Below, one piece after another: positions 51,784 through 64,000 of a DNA stretch of 64,000 bases. The stretch is from the human T2T-CHM13v2.0 reference genome, Homo sapiens. The stretch is from the NCBI RefSeq assembly GCF_009914755.1, contig NC_060939.1, one strand, 5' to 3'. Below the pieces are notes generated by a model that was not told the origin of the DNA, searched no databases, and was given only the letters and a program-made list of their open reading frames with translations. How positions within the stretch are numbered: position 1 is the first letter of the stretch; each line of letters starts with the position of its first letter. A program made the position numbers and the translations under genes.

Positions 51784-54771
51784 GACCCCAAGATCTCTTT
51801 TCAGCTCTATAGGCTGATCCCTGTGACTTGCATCTTGCAGAAGAAAACAATGGCTTTTCAGTGCCTTTTTTGTAAATAATATGGCTGCATAGTCAGAGAA
51901 TATGGGAGACAGTGTCTCCTTTATTTTGAAGACATAATTGTGGTTTGGTGGAAAGAGCTCTGGACTAAGAGACAGAAGGCCTAGGTTTTACTTTTAGCTT
52001 CAATACCATGTGGCCATGTGACCGGAGGAAGGTTGACTCTTCTGAACTTCAGTTCCTCTACCTGAGAAACAAGAAGCTTGGACTGGACTGGCTCTAGGCT
52101 CTTGTCAGCTCTGACATCTGGGCAAGGATGCCAGGTGCCTCACCTACTGCTCCAGATGTCCCAGGAGAGGTTTCCATGCAGGATTTCAACTTGCTGAAAG
52201 CACGTGCGTCTTTCCTAATGAATGACTGGGATTCCTTCACAGGTGAAAATCTCTAAACCTCTGGGAAAGTCTGTAATGTCACAGCAAACTCATCTTCTTT
52301 GTATGATAAAACCGAGGTCTTTCCTCTGGTTGATGATAAGGGGAGACAGAGTTCTTGTCATAGTACTTGAACTAGGGGACAAGCAAAAGGGCCACATAGG
52401 AAAGGCTTTTGGTTGTTGCTTAATAAAAGCAACAATAAGGTTTTGGAAAGGCTTTAATTCATCGCTCATGTAGAAGGTAGCCGGGCCTGAATTTCTAGAA
52501 GATCCAAAGCTGGGAGCAAGTCACATGGCTGCACGGAGAACTACCATGGCCACCCTGGAACTGCACGTTTTCCCCTTTGTGCATTTAGCTAGCACGAGAG
52601 GGCCCCAATTCCTGTATCAACACCTATCCTCCCACCAGGTCTCACAACCACATGAAAGCAGGAGAGGCGGATTTATGCCTTAACAGCCCCCAAAACAAGC
52701 TTTGTGCACTGATAAAATCAGTGGCTGGCTTAGAGATCACATCAGCCCTGGAGAAACTGCTTCATGATTTGACAAGGCTGCTAAAGGCTGTTTGCATTCT
52801 GTGAGTCAGGTCCGAAGCAAAAGGAATACACAGAAGAAGATGATTATGAGTGTTTTGAAAACCTGCCCCTTCCTGCCCGCCCGGGACAATATTTACAAAG
52901 CAGACATGCAAACAAGCAGACCTTCTTTTCAGGTTTAAATTGCCTACTGAGCCAGGCGGTTCCCGTGCTGGGGTGCTTGCCCAGCACTAAGTTAGGTGTT
53001 TAAAAAACGCATTTGCCAGCCAGCTGCCTGCCTTCCCTTTGGTGGTTACCGTGTGGTTAGGAAGCTCAGGAGTAGTGTTGTTCTTACCTGAGTAAGATAC
53101 AGACTCTTTTTAAGGGAAAACATTCCCAAGGATGTCTACTGTTGAATTAATTAACTTTATTATTATGTTATTTAAATATATACAAACATAAAACTAGGTA
53201 TAAATTCCTCAGCTTATAGTTCTTACACATCTATAAATCTAAAACAAATTTACAAATGATATGCAAACAAAACTCTAACATGAATCAAATTTAAATTGCT
53301 TACATAAACTTGATATGCCAAATCTACCAATGTTGGGCTTCACAGGAAAAAGTTTTATCTCTCCATTTTGCATTTCACTTGTTTTGGTCTCAGCTTATTT
53401 AATTTTGTGTATAAAGGACCATTGTTTGAGTCATCCTGTGTCACTTTTTCCCACTTTTTAACACTGAACTCATTGGGACATGAATTTATTATTTTATTAA
53501 GCTGGTTGCTTTAAAAGGAAATCTCCCAATACCTTACACTAAAAGAAATTTCAATTGCTGGTTAATGGAATATTCTACACTCTGTATTTATGTACTGGTA
53601 ATGAATAACTGAAAGCTGGTGAGGGCAAAGACAAGGTATGTAAAATGCGTTTGTGAGCAACCAGAATATCTTATAACACATTTTATTGGGGAGGCTGGCA
53701 TGCCCATACCAACGTATGTCATGTGATGACTCAGTTCTTCTACCACTTAATTCTAATTACTGTGAAAACTTTCGAGGTGCCTAGGTATTGTTTGACCTTG
53801 ACTTGGTCCAAGGTATTCACTAATGCAGATGGCGTTGAAATTGTGTGCAGCACTTCATTACAAGGGCTTATCCAGTTGATCTAGAAGAAAGGCTTGTATG
53901 ACAGAGCCCTTGAGACTATGTCCATAGGAGTCTTTGGACCCCAGTTCTGAAAAATATTCTGGAGAGAAGCTCATGGTGAGCGCTCATAGAAGAAAAAGGT
54001 CTCCTTGCAATATGGGATGACCCAAGAGAATAATTTTCTTCCAGGAACCAGGAAAGAGGAAATGGGGATGAATTTGTCCATTTGATCATTTATTCACTAA
54101 ATATGTGTGAAATCCCACCTGTTTTACATACCTAGCAGAGGGGATGGGGAAAGGGTCATGGTAAAATTAAGTATAATTGCTCCCCTGGACAGCTGATTGA
54201 GAGAGTTTGAAAAGCTCTTTGAAATTGCTTTCTGAACTAGATTATAAGCTCCAGAAGAAAAATAATCTCTAACCTTTGGAGTTATGCCACACTTTATGCA
54301 TAGCGTTATCCTGTTTGATCATCTGCTCACTTTCCAGTTTTCTTTTCAAATGACCTCCGTCTATTTCTGGGAATTAAATCCTAAGACGGATAAAAATTTG
54401 CCACTTTTAAGCACAGTCTTGAGGATGTGCTGAAGGCTTTAAGGTCCCTAGCTCCTCCAGAGGGTGTGTTAGATGAGATAATCATCTGCATGTCTAAGTT
54501 CTGCTGCGTTTAAGATAGAAGAGCCTCAGCTTACAACACAAAGCAACACAAGAAATAGTGCATGGAAGTCAATCGGTGATCAATGTCAAATCAGTGTCAG
54601 AAACAAAAAGTATTATGAGTTTGGGTGAGAGACTAAAATTGTGGGCTGGGCTTTCTTAAAACAGGTTTAAAGAAAAGGTGGGACTAGACGTAGGATAGGT
54701 GAGAAATAAATTGTAGACAGTAGGGAAAGGGGCATTTGAGGTTAAAGGAAGAGTAGAGACAAAGTATCTAG

Positions 54772-55228
<457 letters not shown>

Positions 55229-57059
55229 TAGCTAAAGGCTGTCTTAAAAACATTGAGTCATCAAAAGGTTAGCAGCCAGCACAGTGGCCTTCATTTAAAA
55301 CCTTTTCTTTCCATTTCAATATTTCTGTCAGTGCTCTGCCATTGCATTGACATTTACAAAGATCTGTTTGTAGTAGGGGTAGTTTATAGGTTGCTGAGAT
55401 TGTGTCCTGGTGTTCGTAGGCACCTGTGTGCTCTGTAGAGAGCATGTGTCAGGGAGCACCTGTGTGCTCCTGGACAGGGAGCACTTGTCCGCAGGCTCCT
55501 GCTGACAGCGTCCACTTGATCTTCCCTCTCTGTGTCTCCTCTCTCTACCCATTGCAGCCCCTTGCCAAGCTTCATTCTGAATATAATACTTAACCCAGGA
55601 TTTGTGGGCAGTTTATAAAACTCTTTGACACTTGTGTCACTCTTAGTAACCCTTTGAAGTCAGGAGACTAGGCTAGGTATTTTTCTCTTTATAGATGAAG
55701 CTGAGGCTCAATAGGGAGAACTAAGTCATCCAAGATCACCATGGCCTGTTCAGTATCCGGCATGTTAGGAATGGTGAGTGGTGCATAGACGCTGACTGAC
55801 AAGGAGGCAGACCTGATGCTGGGGATGGCCCACCTGCAGCCTTCCACTGCTGAGACCCTCACAGCTGTAAATGGAAGGTATTACATACAGCGCATCTGCC
55901 CCCCACTGCCCCCACTTAGGCAGCTGCATTCTTGAGCTGGGAATATAAACTGGCATCAACCACCCTCCATCCTAACTTCAGGTGGGCAGGCAGGGTTCTA
56001 GCAGCACCCATAGAGCTGACCTATGAGATTCAGAGCATCTACCTGTACCACACCTGTGAAAAATAACAAGCCAGGATACAGTGGCATCATCACAGATGAA
56101 TAAATTATATGAAAAACAACAAACAAAACTTAGGCCCATGAAAATGTTATGGAACAGAAAAGAAGGAAATAACTATAGCATGGAAAGGTAGAGAAAAAAA
56201 CAACAGAAAAAATTGCTATAGGAAATAGAAGTAGTTTGGGTAGCATCTGCTTTGAACTCTCCACAATAAAAAAAAAATCAATTCTATGAAATAAGAGATA
56301 ACAGGTTCAAGCGAAATAACATATGGGGAAGCCAAAAAAAAAAAAATACCTGTAAAGAAGCCAACAATGGGCTAGGATGGTTTAAAGCAGAAACAGAAAA
56401 AATTAGAAAGTAGAACTGACTTTGCTAAAAATTGTCAGTGATTTAATTGATCAACACCATATGCTGTCCCAGAATTGCAGAGAAATAGAAAGAAATGCCA
56501 GTGATTGGGGACAAGATGATAAATATGAATGCTCGAGGATGAAGAAACAAGAGTAAGTTATTGATTTTTCTTACATTACCTACTTGTGGTCAGATGTGGG
56601 GATTTGCACAGTTTCATATAATGTCCGTGAAAATATCAATTATATTGAAAGATTTAAAAATGGGTACTATATTAAAGCCAGCAATTTCACTTCTGACACC
56701 TGATGTTAAAGACTTTATCAGGGAAGAGCACAGGAATGCCTCTACAATAATTTTTATTATAGTGATGTTTATAATAGTGAATAATTGGAAACCTCCCAAA
56801 TGCCCAGCTGTAGGGGAAAGGTTGAGTCAATTATTGTGTCTCCATATAATGTAATCATACGTAGCTATTTAAAATCTTGCAAAAGAATGTTTATTTATAT
56901 GGGAAAATGTTCATATTGTGAAGTCAGCATTTGAATCTATCTGAGACGGAGTGCTGCTATTAAATATTTCTTCAATCAACTAGAAGAAAATATAACAATT
57001 CAGTTTCTATAAAGTGTGAATTTCCTTTTATGGAATTGTTCTGGATGAAACTGATAGGT

Positions 57060-57682
57060 TAATTTCATGGTACTACATAACAAATTGCCATACTTAAAAC
57101 AACACCAAGTTGTTAGTTCACAGTCCTGTGGATAGGAAGCATGGTGCAGAGTGACAGGGTTCTCTACCCATGGTGTCACCAGGCTGAAATCAAGGTGTTG
57201 GCCAGGCTTAGGTCTTGTCTAGAGGCTATGGGGGAAAATCCGCTTCTGGGCCCTTTCTTGTAGTTTGCTGAATTCATTTCCTTAAGCTGGTAGGACTGAA
57301 GTCCATTTCCATGTTTGTTGTTAGCTGGGGGCTGCTGTAAGCACACTGAGGCCAGCTGTACTTCTTGCCATGTGTTCCCCTCTGTCTTCAAGCCAACAAT
57401 TGTGCAGCAAATATTGTTTGTGCTTTGAGTATCTAGGTTCTCTTTCTGCAACCAGCCAGAGACTACTTTCTTCTTTTAAAGGGCCCATGTGATTAAATCA
57501 GACTCACCTGAATAATATCCGTATCTTAAAGTCAACTGATTTGGGACTTTAATTACATCTTCAAAATCTCTGTACTGCAGTACCTACATTAGTGTTTGAT
57601 TGGGTAACTGTGAGCAAGGTATGTGTGTATACCAGGTTCTGGGAATCTTGGTGGGGGGATCTTAAAATTCTGCCTGCCACAC
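57060..57682. mobile_element. MLT1-type MaLR LTR
   Basis: cataacaaattgcca..cttaaaacaacac..caggctgaaatcaaggtgttggccagg...cttaaaattctgcctgccaca. Confidence 0.75.
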
Positions 57683-57860
57683 AATTGATACATTGATTTT
57701 TTTCTTAACTAATAATATGGATGTGCAATATCGTGACATTATTGAGACCAGGCTTCATAAGATTTCATAAAGTCTTATGAAGCAGAAAAAGTCTTACAAA
57801 TATAGCCTACAACTATGTTTCCCTTTTGATTTGAGTAAGATTTGATTGAGTAAGATTTAG

Positions 57861-58201
<341 letters not shown>

Positions 58202-58279
58202 TACCTGTGTTCTTTAAACTTGTACTTAAAATGGCTCACTGACTTGGCTCCTTGAGAACTTGTCTGCTCCTTGTCTATT

Positions 58280-58540
58280 CACCTATCCACCCACTAGTCT
58301 CTCCATCTACCAAATCACCCACAGTATATCTATCCATGTTATCCATTCAACCATCCATCCATCCATCCATCCATCCATCCATCCATCCAACCAGCCACTC
58401 TCACATTCAGCCATCCATGTCCTCTTCCAACCATCTGGCTGTCCATCCAGCAATAAAATTACCATTTCCCCATCCATTCGCCTACTCAACCTTCTGTCCA
58501 TTCATTTGCCTGTCTATTTACCAACCTACCCATCACCCAG
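58280..58540. repeat. (CCAT)n tetranucleotide repeat with degenerate flanks; pure core 58351-58388
   Basis: Read directly from the sequence. Confidence 0.92.
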
Positions 58541-59094
58541 ACATCATGCTTCTCATTGATTTAATAAACTACTTTGAACTCTAACTACATGCTGGGCCTT
58601 GTAGTAGACACCAGGATACTAGGATAAAGCCTCTTCCCCCAACCTACTTACAGTCTAGTGGAGAAATGAGACAAAAAACTAAATAGAATTCAACATGAAA
58701 ATTCCTATAATAGAAGAATGTCAGGTGGTTTAGGAGCCCAAAGTCGGGTAGGAAATCTGGAAATGGTGAAAAAAGGTATATAAACTGGCCCTTGGAGGAT
58801 GACAGTTGTCCATTGCTGAATGAAATCCTGCAAGTTTTTACTGCATCCATCATGGAGCCTGGAGATTGCAAGTGTTCTCAATCTCTATGAGGGTGACATT
58901 TTTCCAGTGTGACTGATGTACTGTAGAAATTACAGAGCACAGTCCTGGAGGGCTGGATCAATGGCATTGATTTTGCTCTCTTCTGGACATGGTCAAGTGA
59001 TAATGACAGGGAAGATTGAGACATGCCAGAGGCAACCTTCCCAAACTGACAGTGATGAATGTCCCATTTTAAACCACAGTTCCTGTGAGCCTGA

Positions 59095-59400
59095 TTTATT
59101 TTATTTATTTATTTTGAGACAGAGTCTCACTCTCTTACCCAGGCTGAAGTGCAGTGGCATGATCTCAGCTCATTGCAACTTCTGCCTCCCGGAGTCAAAC
59201 GATCCTCCTGTCTCAGCCTCCTGAGTAGCTGAGGCCACAGGTGCTTGCCACTAGGCCCGCCTAATGTTTTCTATGTCTTCGTAGAGATGGGGTTTCACCA
59301 TGTTGCCCAGGCTGGTCTTGAACTCGTGAGCTCAAGAAATCTGCCTGCCTCAGCCTCCCAAACTGTTGGGATTACAGGCGTGAGCTACCACACCCAGCCC
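59095..59400 (-). mobile_element. Alu element
   Basis: Full dimer with TSD AGCCTGATTTA. Confidence 0.9.
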
Positions 59401-59544
59401 ATAAGCCTGATTTAAACCTAGTCCACAAACACCTGGCTTTCTCTGGCATAATTTGACAGTTGCTTTGAGTGCCAGAGAATTTACGTCATTGTGCCTGGGA
59501 GCTCACACTCAGCATGGTTTTTGCTTTGACTCCACGTCCCGGTT

Positions 59545-59716
59545 TGTTGTTGTTTTTAGGGAGGGGCTTTCTCTGTATGTTGCCCAGGCTGGAGGGCAGT
59601 GGCTATTCACAGGCACCAGCATCATAGCACACTACAGGGCTGAACTCCTGGGCTCAAGCAAACCTCCTGTCTCAGCCTCTCAAGTAGCTGGGATTACAGG
59701 CGCATGACACCGGGCT
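59545..59716 (-). mobile_element. FAM (fossil Alu monomer)
   Basis: Contains gcagtggctattcacaggc, the 7SL/FAM diagnostic segment. Confidence 0.78.
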
Positions 59717-60893
59717 GGCTTGATGTCCTGTTTTAACCCGAGTTGTTTGTAGCCAGCTTTGGCAAACCTCTCATGAGCATATTCTGCAATGTTATAATTA
59801 CCTGGGTGGTGGCCTGCATCTGGGGATCACTTAAATGCTTTCATCTTCATGTCCATCTAAGGATAATTTCAATGAGAAGCTTCTAGGTCATTTCCATAGA
59901 CTCCTCTTCCCCTCTTGTTTGTATTACAAACTTGTGTAAAAGAAGAGGATTTTGGAGAGAGAGACTTGGATTCAAATCCTAGCTCCACCGTTAGTCATTT
60001 GCATGGCCTTGTATACCCTTGCTAAGCCTCAGATCTCTCACCTGTATAATGGGCCCAATAGTACCTGCTTGTGGGCCTATTGTGAGGATTTTTGTCAAGC
60101 GTAGTAACACACTCAGGAAATGGGAGCTGCTTTTGTGGTTGCTGTTACTGCAGTGATTCCCAGGGACATTTGATATTTTAAATTACATTGGAAGAATTCT
60201 CATATTTTTTTCACAGGCAGAATTGGCTCATGGATCAGACTAACCAGATTTATAGTTAAACATGTTTATAAAAAACATGAAGTCATGTTTTTTTAAATGC
60301 AGCAGGAAAGCAAATCATTAGGTCTAATTTGTTAGGCTGAGAAAACACTGGAATGAAAGTGCTGTTAACAAACACTTAGCGTAGGCTGGGCAATAATCAC
60401 ATGTACTTTAGCTTGAAAGGTTTGTGTGCCCTGTTGGAAGGGTTTGGGTCAGAGGCCTATGATGGCTTCATTGAAAATGCAGAGTTGGACATAGCCATCC
60501 CTACACCAGCATCGTGCTGAAATTAAGGGGGATAGACTTCAAAAGAAATTTTGTGTTTTACATCATTGCCATGTTTTCCCTTTACAATGCATGATTAATT
60601 TTAATTTTTCTAATGCATTTGTTTTTGTCAATAAAGGCAGAAGATGAGGAATGAAAACAAGAGCTAATAGTAACTATCCCACTTGAGCCAATGCTTCTGT
60701 GACCAGAAGCTGGTCACTTCTGGGTTGATAAAATGGGAGCAATAATAGCACCTCCTTCAAAAGGTTGTAGTGAGGGTTAAATGAGTTCATGCAGATGTAC
60801 TTAGAACAGTGGTTGGGACATAGTCAGTGTTCAGCAAGTGTTAGCTGCCATCCTCCTCCTCGTTATCATTTGTAATAGGAGCAGCAGTACGGA

Positions 60894-61186
60894 TTTTTTT
60901 TTTTTTTTTTTTGACGGAGTCTCACTCTGTCACCCAGGTTGGAGTGCAGTGGCATGATCTCAGCTCACTGCAACCCGTCTCCTGGGTTCAAGCGATTCTC
61001 CTGCCTCAGCCTCCCAAGTAGCTGGGATTACAGGTGCTGCCACACCCAGCTGATTTTTGTATTTTTAGTAGAGACAAGGTTTCACTATGTTGGCCAGGCT
61101 GGTCTCGAATTCCTGTCCTCAGGTGATCCACCTGCGTTGGCCTCCCAAAATGCTGGGATTACAGGTGTGAGCCACCACACCCGGCC
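60894..61186 (-). mobile_element. AluS element
   Basis: TSD GGAGCAGCAGTAC at 60878 and 61187. Confidence 0.92.
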
Positions 61187-61584
61187 GGAGCAGCAGTACT
61201 GTCTTAAGAGTAGGAACCTGAAGCACTCTAAAGGTGAAATAATTTCCTCAAGGTCCAATGGCAAGTGGAACAGTCCAAATTTGAATTCGGACAGATGATT
61301 TCAGAGCCAGCAGTCTGAATTATGCTTTTCAAAATGATTTTGATGTTGTACAAGTAAGACTTAATATTTATATCAATTACTGCTATCTTTCTAAAAGGCA
61401 AATTTGATCATTTTTCTCTCACTTAAAATCCACTAGCCCCTGGGCTTCTCAAGGGTGGAAGAGATGTTTCATTCACTGAAGTAGTTCTAATACCTGGCTC
61501 CATACCTGTAGCAGCAAAGGTTTATTGATCAAAGCTGAGACACCCTCTCCCATCCATAAAAGGATAAAGTCCAAACTCTTTGGC

Positions 61585-61889
61585 TTTTTTTTTTTTTTTT
61601 TTTTTTTTTGAGACAGAGTCTCCCTCTGTTGCCCAGGCTGGAGTGCAGTGGTGCAATCAGCTCACTGCAAGCTCCACCTCTCGGGTTCACGCCATTCTCC
61701 TGCCTCAGCCTCCCCAGTAGCTGGGACTACAGGTGCCCGCCACCACGCCTGGCTAATTTTTTTGTATTTTTAGTAGAGACGGGGTTTCACCACGTTAGCC
61801 AGGATGGTCTCGATCTCCTGACCTCGTGATCCACCCGCCTCGGCCTCCCAAAGTGCTAGGATTACAGGTGTGAGCCACTGAGCCCGGCC
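61585..61889 (-). mobile_element. AluY element
   Basis: AluY-type diagnostics (cacgccattctcc, gttagccaggatggtctcgatctcc), T25 tail and TSD AAACTCTTTGGCTT. Confidence 0.92.
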
Positions 61890-62389
61890 TAAACTCTTTG
61901 GCTTGACACCAGAGCAACCCACGGCTTGGCCACCATCTCCAGCTCAGCCTGGTACCCAGCAGTTCTCTCTCTGCTCCAGCTAGGGCAGCACATTGGTCAT
62001 TGCTTTCTTTGGCTTGAAAGATCCTCTTCAAGGTTCACATGTCGCTGACAATCTCCTACTCTTCCTTCAAGACCCAGCTCAATGTCACCCACTCTTAGAA
62101 TTCTTCTCCTGCATCTTCCCTATTCCCCAAACCTCAGGGCAGAACCTGTGGGTGCCTTGGAAGATTGCTCACTGAGGGTCTTCAGTTGGACCTCAAAGGA
62201 TAGGTAGGCTTTGGGCCTGTGAAGAAGGGAAAGGTACCTTAGCCAGAGTAACAGCATGGGCAACACACAGACCTGGAGAATGAATGGCTATGAGAGAGAT
62301 TTCACTAATTCCTCCAAATCATTATTTTCTCCAGTGTGAGTTGTATTATTTCCTCCTCCCCATGCAGACTTAAATTCTAGGGGTGTGCT

Positions 62390-62527
62390 TTCTTTTTCTC
62401 TCCTTTTTTAAGAGATGGGAGTCTCACTTTCTTGGCCAGCTGGTCTCGAACTCCTGCCCTCAGTGATCCTCCCCTCTTGGCCTCCCAAAGTGCTGGGATT
62501 ATAGACATGAGCCACTGGGCCAGCCCA
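62390..62527 (-). mobile_element. Alu monomer (FLAM-like)
   Basis: Reverse-complement left monomer. Confidence 0.8.
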
Positions 62528-63055
62528 ACGGTTGCACTTTCAATACAGGTGGAGAGTGTCCCTACTGCTTTTCCTGATCCCTGAGAGGGTCTTTCAAAGG
62601 AGATCACAGTAGCAATTCACTTCTTTGGAAAAACCGGTCCAAGTAAGGAAAACCTGCCATATATACCCTGCATGTAAGACAGAGTAGAGAAGCCACTGGC
62701 CAGGATGCTGGGAGAACGGCATTCTTATCCTAACTCCGTCACTCACTAACTTTCAGACTAGAGGCAAATGCCTCAGCCTCTCTGAGATTAGGTTTCTTCA
62801 TCTGTAAAATGGGTATCCTGTGGCCTGCCTGGCCCAATTCCCAGTGCTGTGGTGAAGACCAGATGAGCAACGCTCTGTCCCTATCTAGCTTTGAGACATT
62901 GGGAAAGGCATTTAATTACTATACCTTGAATTCTTTGGTCATGAAAACGAGGCCAAGAATACTTTCCAGATTGTTTGGCTATGAGGATTAGATGAAGTAA
63001 CATATGGAAAATGCACAGTACAATGCCTGGTATATAGTAGATATTCAATGGATAT

Positions 63056-63172
63056 TCTTTTCTTTTTTCCTTCCTTCCTTCCTCTCTCCCTTCCTACCTC
63101 CCTTCTTTCTTTCCTTCTTCTTTCCTTCCTTTCCTCCTTCCTTCCCTCCCTCATTCCTTCTCCTTTGTTTCT
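63056..63172. repeat. (TTCC)n-like polypyrimidine tract
   Basis: ~115 bp of almost pure C/T. Confidence 0.92.
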
Positions 63173-64000
63173 TAGTTATAAAAATAAGGAGTTAGAATAA
63201 ATATCCTCTCATTAAATAGTCTAACTCTGTGCCTTTTAAAAAAAATTAAAGATCATGTTTTATTAATGAGATATTATTTGGAAAGCCAAAGAAATATATT
63301 TTCCAAGTAGGAGGGAGAAGATCCAGCTTTTTTCTGCCCTGGGAGCTCCAGAAGTTTAAGGCGAAATGATAAACATGTCAGAATGACTTCTTTATTTCTA
63401 TTTATAATCTTTGCCATACAGCTCGGTGGATGGTGAGGTGCTTTTTCCAGCATAGAAACTTTCCTTGGCCGAGGAAAGGCAAGAATAAATACTTTTCCTG
63501 GGATGAGTCCATTACCGGTGCCCTCTTTCCAATATTCCTCCAGATTGAAATTTATGCTTAAAAATCCAAATGAGTTAGGAGAGACTGTGACTTTCTAAAG
63601 CAAACTCTTTTGCAATGCTATTTTACTGTGAAAAGTCAGCGCTATTTTTCTTTTTTAAGTTGTGATGGCTGCATGTGGATTTCAGGGCAAAGTGGGTATA
63701 TGGTAACCCTGAGGAATTGTCTCTGATCAAGACCACAGGAGAAACTTTCCCATCTCAGCAGGGCCTCTTAAGCCCTAAATGCTTCCCTTCTCTGCATCAC
63801 CACTCAGTGGTGGCTGAGGCAGGCTAGGCTAGCTACCACTCACAGTTTTCCAGGGAGTGGAAAGCTCTGAAATCAAAGAAATGGGTCCTTGAGGGAGGCA
63901 GGAAAGTTGTCTGTCTGGATGTTTCCTCGGACCTCTGTCTGCTTCCTACTCCAGGGCCTCCTGCAGGCAGGTGTTTATGCTGATCATTAGGATCTTATCA

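Noticed and set aside
59545-59716. 7SL RNA gene or pseudogene
   Set aside because: It lacks the S domain and matches a fossil Alu monomer.

Overview
This is human-type (primate) genomic DNA, not a prokaryotic window. It holds the last coding exon and 3'UTR of ABHD17C (+, 1698-~3170) and a ~23 kb repeat-dense intergenic spacer. It then holds the TATA-containing CpG-island promoter and non-coding exon 1 of CEMIP/KIAA1199 (+, ~26909-27152), followed by ~37 kb of CEMIP intron 1. Gene names come from my recall of the ABHD17C C-terminus and the CEMIP 5'UTR; these genes are neighbours at 15q25. Only one ORF in the track (1645-1917) contains real coding sequence; the rest look like Alu/L1/LTR read-throughs, GC-rich chance frames or other chance ORFs. 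I found no novel protein-coding system. The most interesting signals are non-coding: (i) one 13-bp target site apparently hit three times in succession by L1-machinery insertions (four copies, 9656-11409); (ii) a MER41 LTR with intact tandem STAT/GAS sites ~9.7 kb upstream of CEMIP; (iii) a twin donor 60 nt downstream of CEMIP exon 1 that would add uAUGs; (iv) a candidate 66-nt cryptic exon or recursive splice site next to a triple TCF/LEF cluster in intron 1; (v) five miR-145 and three miR-101 seed sites in the ABHD17C 3'UTR. Repeat boundaries and subfamilies were assigned by eye and are approximate.
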